A stretch of DNA of 64,000 nucleotides, taken from the NCBI GenBank assembly GCA_963664395.2, contig OY761159.2, positions 1,824,001-1,888,000 on the forward strand, written 5' to 3'. This DNA comes from Candidatus Binatia bacterium (lineage in GTDB: Bacteria > Desulfobacterota > Binatia > Bin18). Below are positions 58,923 to 64,000 of this stretch, one piece after another; within the stretch, counting starts at the first letter, position 1, and each line of letters begins with the position of its first letter. A program made the translations under genes and the position numbers. Below the pieces are notes generated by a model. The model made no database searches. It saw only the letters and a list, made by a program, of their open reading frames with translations, and had not been told where the DNA came from.

Positions 58923-60542
58923 TCACGAACTGCACGACAGCATGGAACAACCGGGACGCTGGCGGGCCCAGTCGGGCCGTTTTTTCGCGTAGGCTTCTTT
59001 GTCGGGTTGTTCGTCATAGGGATGACGGAGGAGTTCCAACAGATCATGCACCAGGGAGAGGTCGCCCTGCTCGGCCTTGTCGATAGCGAGTTGGGCGAGA
59101 TAGTTGCGCAGCACATATTTGGGGTTGACGGCGTTCATGCGTGTCCGGCGCGTCTCGTTATCCGTTCCATCTTCTCTCACCCGGTCGTGATAGCGGCGTA
59201 GCCACGCGGCAATGCGGGCCGTTGTCTCCGGGGTCAACTGCTCCGGGACGTAATAGGCGTCCAACAGCGGTTCTATAAAAGCGGTATCGCCGATCTGGTC
59301 TACAGGTTTGGCGTCGAGATCACAGCTCGCCAGCCGTCGATAGAAGATGGTCATGTCGGTCTCGGCCAGTTGCAAAATTTCCAGCAGGCCGCCGACCAGG
59401 CTGTCGTCCAGGTCGGGCTTGAAGGACTGGAGCCCCAGTTTGTGGGCCATCGTGGTCTGCCAGCCCGACTCAAATTCCTGGACATAACTGCCCAGCGCTT
59501 TTTCCAGGGGTTCCGTCTGTTCAATCAGGGGGTAGAGCGCGTTGGCAAGCTGGACCAGGTTCCAATGGGCAATCTGGGGTTGTTTGCCAAAGGCATAGCG
59601 GTGACTCGCGGCATCGGTGGTATTGGGCGTCCAGTTGGAGTCATAGTCTTCCAGCCAGCCGTACGGGCCGTAGTCAATCGTCAATCCCAGGATGGACATA
59701 TTATCCGTGTTCATGACCCCGTGGACAAAGCCGACCCGCAGCCAGTGTACAATCATCCGGGCGGTTGTCCGACAGACCTCCTCGAACCAGGCCAGGTAGG
59801 TCGAATGGGATGGCTCGCCCAAATGAGGAAAGTCGGTGCGGATGGTGTAATCCACCAACTGTTGTAAGACGTCGATTTCTCCGCGGGCGGCAAATATCTG
59901 AAAATTGCCAAAGCGCACAAAAGACGGCGCGACCCGGCACACCACGGCTCCCGGCTCGAGTTTGGGGTTGCCATTATAAAACATATCGCGGACGACGTGT
60001 TCACCCGTCGAGACCAGGCTGAGCGCGCGGGTGGTTGGGACACCGAGATGGTGCATGGCTTCGCTGCACAGGAACTCGCGGATGGACGAACGCAAGACAG
60101 CCAATCCATCCGCGCTGCGCGAATATGGTGTTAGACCGGCACCTTTGAGCTGGACCACCCAGCGCTTTCCGGTCGGACCGATGAGCTCGCCCAGGTTAAT
60201 GGCCCGGCCGTCTCCGAGCTGCCCGGCCCAGTTGCCGAACTGATGCCCGCCGTAACACATCGCGTAGGGGTCCATGTCGTCCAAAACCCGATTCCCCGAG
60301 AAGATATGGGGAAAATCGTCCGACTCGCAAAACGTGCGGGACAGACCCAATTCCTCGGCAACTTCCCAGGCGTAGGCAACCAACTGTGGTTGAGCGACTT
60401 TCGCAGGCTGGACACGGGAATAACACGCCTGCGTGACCTGACGGCGGGTGTTTCCAGTTTCTGGGTCGGCCGGCAATTCCCGCGTAAAGCGATTATCGAA
60501 GATGAGTGTCTCTTGCGGCTGGTATTCCTGTTGGGCGTTCAT
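58923..60542 (-). CDS. selO: Protein adenylyltransferase SelO/YdiU
   Basis: YGGHQFG.WAGQLGDGRA, QLKGAG.TPYSR, HGVMNTDN, DYGPY, C-terminal SCSS. Confidence 0.95.
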   Translation of the reverse strand: MNAQQEYQPQETLIFDNRFTRELPADPETGNTRRQVTQACYSRVQPAKVAQPQLVAYAWEVAEELGLSRTFCESDDFPHIFSGNRVLDDMDPYAMCYGGHQFGNWAGQLGDGRAINLGELIGPTGKRWVVQLKGAGLTPYSRSADGLAVLRSSIREFLCSEAMHHLGVPTTRALSLVSTGEHVVRDMFYNGNPKLEPGAVVCRVAPSFVRFGNFQIFAARGEIDVLQQLVDYTIRTDFPHLGEPSHSTYLAWFEEVCRTTARMIVHWLRVGFVHGVMNTDNMSILGLTIDYGPYGWLEDYDSNWTPNTTDAASHRYAFGKQPQIAHWNLVQLANALYPLIEQTEPLEKALGSYVQEFESGWQTTMAHKLGLQSFKPDLDDSLVGGLLEILQLAETDMTIFYRRLASCDLDAKPVDQIGDTAFIEPLLDAYYVPEQLTPETTARIAAWLRRYHDRVREDGTDNETRRTRMNAVNPKYVLRNYLAQLAIDKAEQGDLSLVHDLLELLRHPYDEQPDKEAYAKKRPDWARQRPGCSMLSCSS

Positions 60543-60623
60543 GCGAACACGTTAGCCCAGCGTGGTGTGCTGCTCAAGGCGTGCCGCACCAGGAATCCTC
60601 TCAAGGGTACTGACTTTTCAACC

Positions 60624-60720
60624 CGCAGCCCGGATGGAACGGAGTGAAACCCAGGGAATGTGAGCGGAGTCTTCCACGTGAGTTGTCCCTGGACTCTACT
60701 TCGCTACATCCAGGTTATAC
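60624..60720. repeat. Degenerate REP doublet (long imperfect inverted repeat)
   Basis: gcagcccggatggaacggagtgaaacccaggga ... tccctggactctacttcgctacatccaggttat. Confidence 0.6.
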
Positions 60721-60734
60721 GACTGCCGGGTCTT

Positions 60735-61229
60735 TTACCGCGTCTCCGCTTCTCCATAGAGCGGTTCTGCCACTGGCTCGGTGTCATACTTGCGCATCAA
60801 CTCAAGAAGGGCGCGTTGGTCTGGCGGTTTTCCATCTTTGGTGAGTTCGGCCAGACCCTCGAAGTATTTTTCGCGTGAGTCGGCCGGACAAAACATAACC
60901 AACAACACCGAGCGCTGCGCACCTGGGTTGGAAAAGGCATGGATCGCTTCCTTGGGGACGAGGGCGGTCGTTCCGGCCCGGGCCGTCATCTTCTCATCTC
61001 CGACAAGAAGTTCGATTGCGCCCTCGACCACGTAGAATATTTCCGCCATCTGACGGTGAATATGGCGGCGCGGGCCTTCAGTCCCAGGTTCCATCGTATA
61101 CTCGAACAGACCGAAATGACCCTCGGTGTCCTTTCCCCTGACCTTAAAGGTACAGCGGGTGCCGGTCCCAATGGCTACCGAGTCGCCCTCTCCCCGCTGA
61201 AGCACGATTGCAGAATCAGGCAGCGTCAT
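60735..61229 (-). CDS. Cupin domain protein
   Basis: HIH...EIFYVVEG, VP..AIHAFSN; AGGAG RBS. Confidence 0.85.
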   Translation of the reverse strand: MTLPDSAIVLQRGEGDSVAIGTGTRCTFKVRGKDTEGHFGLFEYTMEPGTEGPRRHIHRQMAEIFYVVEGAIELLVGDEKMTARAGTTALVPKEAIHAFSNPGAQRSVLLVMFCPADSREKYFEGLAELTKDGKPPDQRALLELMRKYDTEPVAEPLYGEAETR

Positions 61230-61239
61230 CCGGCTCTCC

Positions 61240-62400
61240 TTACACGACCCCGAAGACCTGTTCGACCGCGGCCTGAATGGGCTTGAAGGCAAGCGTGGGA
61301 TTATGGATCATCCGGTTGTGACAGATCGCAACCGCCAGGCGCGCGTCCGGGTCGGCCCACGCAATCGCTCCGCCGGCACCCGGATGAAACACCGTACGCG
61401 GATTCAAACCTGCAAGGCGGAACGGGTATTTGGAATCTTTCACTCCGCCAAGCCACAGCCCTGCCGTACCTAGACGGATCGGCATGCCCAGCACCGTGTC
61501 CGGCTGATCAGTATCGGGACGCGGAGTGCTGAACGTCTTCACCCGCTCTTCGGACAGTAAGCGCACGCCGTCCAGTTCTCCACCATTGGCCAGCATGGCA
61601 AACAGCCGGGCTGAGCTGCGGGCGTTCATAATGCCGTGTGCACCCGGAATGCAGCCGCGCCGCATATCCGAACGGCCGAAGACTTCCTCGGTCGCTCCGA
61701 CCTGAGGCGGCATGGCGCGCAGGATCGGCGCATCTGCCGGTAAGGGCAGTGGAGGCGCGTTCTTCAGCCGGGCCACGCGCGGTTCGGCTTCTTCAGGAAT
61801 CCCGATCCAGAGATTCGTCATGCCAAGGGGCGCACAGATCTCTTCCTGTACGAACGTGCTGTATGGCCGCTGTTTGGGATCGGTCCGGCGCACGCACTCG
61901 GCAATCACCCAGCCGAAGGTGTAGCACATATAGGCGTTCCGCGTGCCGGCCGTAAAGATTGGCTTCATGTTTGCCAGTTGATCGACCATCCAGTCATAAT
62001 TGCTCATGAGTTCGGGCGTGACGCCCTCGGGCATATACGGAATGCCCAGGCGGTGGCTCAGCGCATCCCGGACGGTTGCGGTGTCTTTGCCGTGCGCCGC
62101 GAACTCGGGCCAGTAGTGCGCAATCGGCGTATCATACTCAATCAAGCCCCGTTCGGCCTGGAGATGGAGCGCGGTTGCCGTGGTCGCCTTGATGACAGAG
62201 AAGGAGGGGAAGAGCGTATCCCCATCCACTGCCCGTCCAGTGGTCTCGTCAGCAATACCACCCCAGACATCCACGACTTGCTCGCCATCGAGATACACGG
62301 CGACTTGCATCCCAAGCTCGCCGTTCTCCTGGAGCGTGGTTGCAACGGCCTGTTGAAAAATGCTGTTTGCCTCTGGTTTACGTTCCGCCGTCGCTGGCAT
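61240..62400 (-). CDS. Serine hydrolase, beta-lactamase/EstB family
   Basis: FSVIK (SxxK), YWPEF, LSHR.G, H.GAGG...WADP. Confidence 0.9.
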   Translation of the reverse strand: MPATAERKPEANSIFQQAVATTLQENGELGMQVAVYLDGEQVVDVWGGIADETTGRAVDGDTLFPSFSVIKATTATALHLQAERGLIEYDTPIAHYWPEFAAHGKDTATVRDALSHRLGIPYMPEGVTPELMSNYDWMVDQLANMKPIFTAGTRNAYMCYTFGWVIAECVRRTDPKQRPYSTFVQEEICAPLGMTNLWIGIPEEAEPRVARLKNAPPLPLPADAPILRAMPPQVGATEEVFGRSDMRRGCIPGAHGIMNARSSARLFAMLANGGELDGVRLLSEERVKTFSTPRPDTDQPDTVLGMPIRLGTAGLWLGGVKDSKYPFRLAGLNPRTVFHPGAGGAIAWADPDARLAVAICHNRMIHNPTLAFKPIQAAVEQVFGVV

Positions 62401-62434
62401 GGATTGTTCCCCCCTTTTTTCTGACTTACACGCC

Positions 62435-62560
62435 TTACTGCTGGTTTGACTCTTCCCCCTGAGCCGCCTCGTCCCGTATCCGGTCTGCCCGTTGGGCGAG
62501 CAGGCCGACCAGAACCAAAGCGATAAGAAAGAACGCGGTTATCGCAAGGATGGTAGTCAT
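62435..62560 (-). CDS. Small single-pass membrane protein (41 aa)
   Basis: AGGAGG RBS; hydrophobic ILAITAFFLIALVLVGLLA. Confidence 0.5.
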   Translation of the reverse strand: MTTILAITAFFLIALVLVGLLAQRADRIRDEAAQGEESNQQ

Positions 62561-62649
62561 GAAACCCTCCTTTATCCAACTCTTGCAGTCTCTTCTTTCC
62601 TCTCTACTCCTTCTCAATACTGGAAATCAACGCTTTCGAGCGAGTTTTG

Positions 62650-63924
62650 TCACGGTCGCGCGGCATCCACGCTATGCCGGTTGGGATCGAGGACTTCGGT
62701 TTTGATCGTCACGATCGACGTGAACCACCGCTCCATGCTGGCCGCGTCCATATGCGACCAGTCGGGAATTTCCAGGACGAGCGCCCGCCCGAGCTGATTG
62801 CCAAATCTCACCAGGTCGTTGTTCGTATCGGTCCGGGTTGTGTCCCACTGGCTGAGCGCTGCTTCCAAGGAGGTATGGGTGGTGAGCGCTTCGCCGAGCG
62901 CGATGGCATCGTTAATCCCTTTGAGTGCGCCGGCGGCCGTGTGTGGGCGGGCGAAGGCCCCGGCGTCGCCGACCAAACAGATCCCGCCTTTGCGGTAGGC
63001 TGGGACTTCACAATCATAAATGGCGTAGGCAAATGTGTCCTGGCATTTATCGACGATCTCAGCGTAATAGTCGGGCAGCCGTTCGTGGGCGAGCCGTTTC
63101 AACTCGGTTTCAGTGGCGAGCGACATGCCGCCTGGGGGGAGCGAGCCTGCATGCGCGTGGCCGTCTTTGTCAGTCAGAAAATCCGTCAGTCGGGAGGCGG
63201 CAACCGGGACATACAGACCCCAATTCACCAGCCGCTTGCCCGGCGCAGTCGCTCCGTCCAAGCCCGGCACGAAGTAAAAAATACCGTGTCCGCCCGGATA
63301 GCCCAAACAGCGCACGCCGCTTTCGAGCGGCTGTGATTCTTCAAGTTCCTCCTCAAGCAGAAAGCCCCGCCACAAGACATAGCCGGCATACCTCAGGGTA
63401 CTATCGGGAAAGAGGGTCCGCCGACCAAGCGAGGTGTAGCCATCGGCACAGACCACCAGGTCAAATACCGACGTGGACCCATCGGCCAACTCTACTCGGA
63501 CCGTTCCATCGGGTCGCTGGTGTAAGGCCATGGCGCGCTGCCCTGAGCGGTACACCCCATCCGGAACGCGTTGGCGCAGGTTTCTATACAACCCGCCCCA
63601 GTTGAGCAAAGCCAGATTTGCGGGCTGGTCCCAGGCAAGATAGCCGTAGCGGCGCTCTGTTTCTGTGCGCCATATACGCGTGAACGCATGACCGGCGAAG
63701 AAGGGGGTATCGGCATCAACCAGGTCGCGTTCAATGAACGTATCCATGACCGAGGGCGGAACGCCGATGCCCGCCCCTCTATCCTTCAAGGTGTCGCCCG
63801 TGCGCTCCAAAAGCGTGACCTCGCAGCCCGACCGCAGCAGTTCGATAGCCGCAGTACAGCCGGCAATTGACCCGCCGATGATGCCGACTCGGAGTCCTTG
63901 TGTGAGTGTGCTGTTTGTTGGCAT
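62650..63924 (-). CDS. FAD-dependent monooxygenase (2,6-dihydroxypyridine hydroxylase-like)
   Basis: GGSIAG, RGAGI, CADG, YAGYVLWRG, LVGDA...RPHTAAG..K. Confidence 0.85.
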   Translation of the reverse strand: MPTNSTLTQGLRVGIIGGSIAGCTAAIELLRSGCEVTLLERTGDTLKDRGAGIGVPPSVMDTFIERDLVDADTPFFAGHAFTRIWRTETERRYGYLAWDQPANLALLNWGGLYRNLRQRVPDGVYRSGQRAMALHQRPDGTVRVELADGSTSVFDLVVCADGYTSLGRRTLFPDSTLRYAGYVLWRGFLLEEELEESQPLESGVRCLGYPGGHGIFYFVPGLDGATAPGKRLVNWGLYVPVAASRLTDFLTDKDGHAHAGSLPPGGMSLATETELKRLAHERLPDYYAEIVDKCQDTFAYAIYDCEVPAYRKGGICLVGDAGAFARPHTAAGALKGINDAIALGEALTTHTSLEAALSQWDTTRTDTNNDLVRFGNQLGRALVLEIPDWSHMDAASMERWFTSIVTIKTEVLDPNRHSVDAARP

Positions 63925-64000
63925 GGCCCTCTCCTATTGCGTGGTGTGGCTGTCCCCCCCTACCACAAGTCCCTATAGAAATCACCGTTTCTCCTGTCTT

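Noticed and set aside
58923-58925. selO TGA as possible selenocysteine
   Set aside because: The protein already ends in the usual bacterial CSS; the TGA follows it and no convincing SECIS hairpin is seen downstream

Overview
GC-rich bacterial chromosomal window of about 55 genes. It is dominated by catabolic and redox enzymes: SDRs, luciferase-like monooxygenases, amidohydrolases, GSTs, two DMFase-large-subunit-like proteins, a MoeA pair, glk/gnd, FadB-like and SelO. The gene content suggests a Binatia-like/host-associated deltaproteobacterial lineage (inference only). No rRNA, tRNA, CRISPR array, integrase or intact transposase was recognised. Main observations: (1) a translationally coupled operon of N4-C DNA methyltransferase, GHKL-ATPase/histidine-kinase fusion and receiver protein, with no nuclease, in a ~5.4 kb island bounded by a duplicated, synonymously diverged 63-bp 3' end of an EthD gene; (2) a UGA-interrupted GrdB/PrdB-like ORF with a UxxC motif and a bacterial SECIS-like hairpin (probable selenoprotein); (3) similar duplicated gene termini at selO/phyH, with toxin-antitoxin debris at most accessory junctions, suggesting recurrent integrase-free cargo exchange at gene ends; (4) AT-richer orphan inserts (unknown protein plus PIN pair; HhH-GPD glycosylase-like gene); (5) a carbonic anhydrase / DMFase-like / TMADH-like operon. 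All family calls come from motif recognition by eye; no searches were run.
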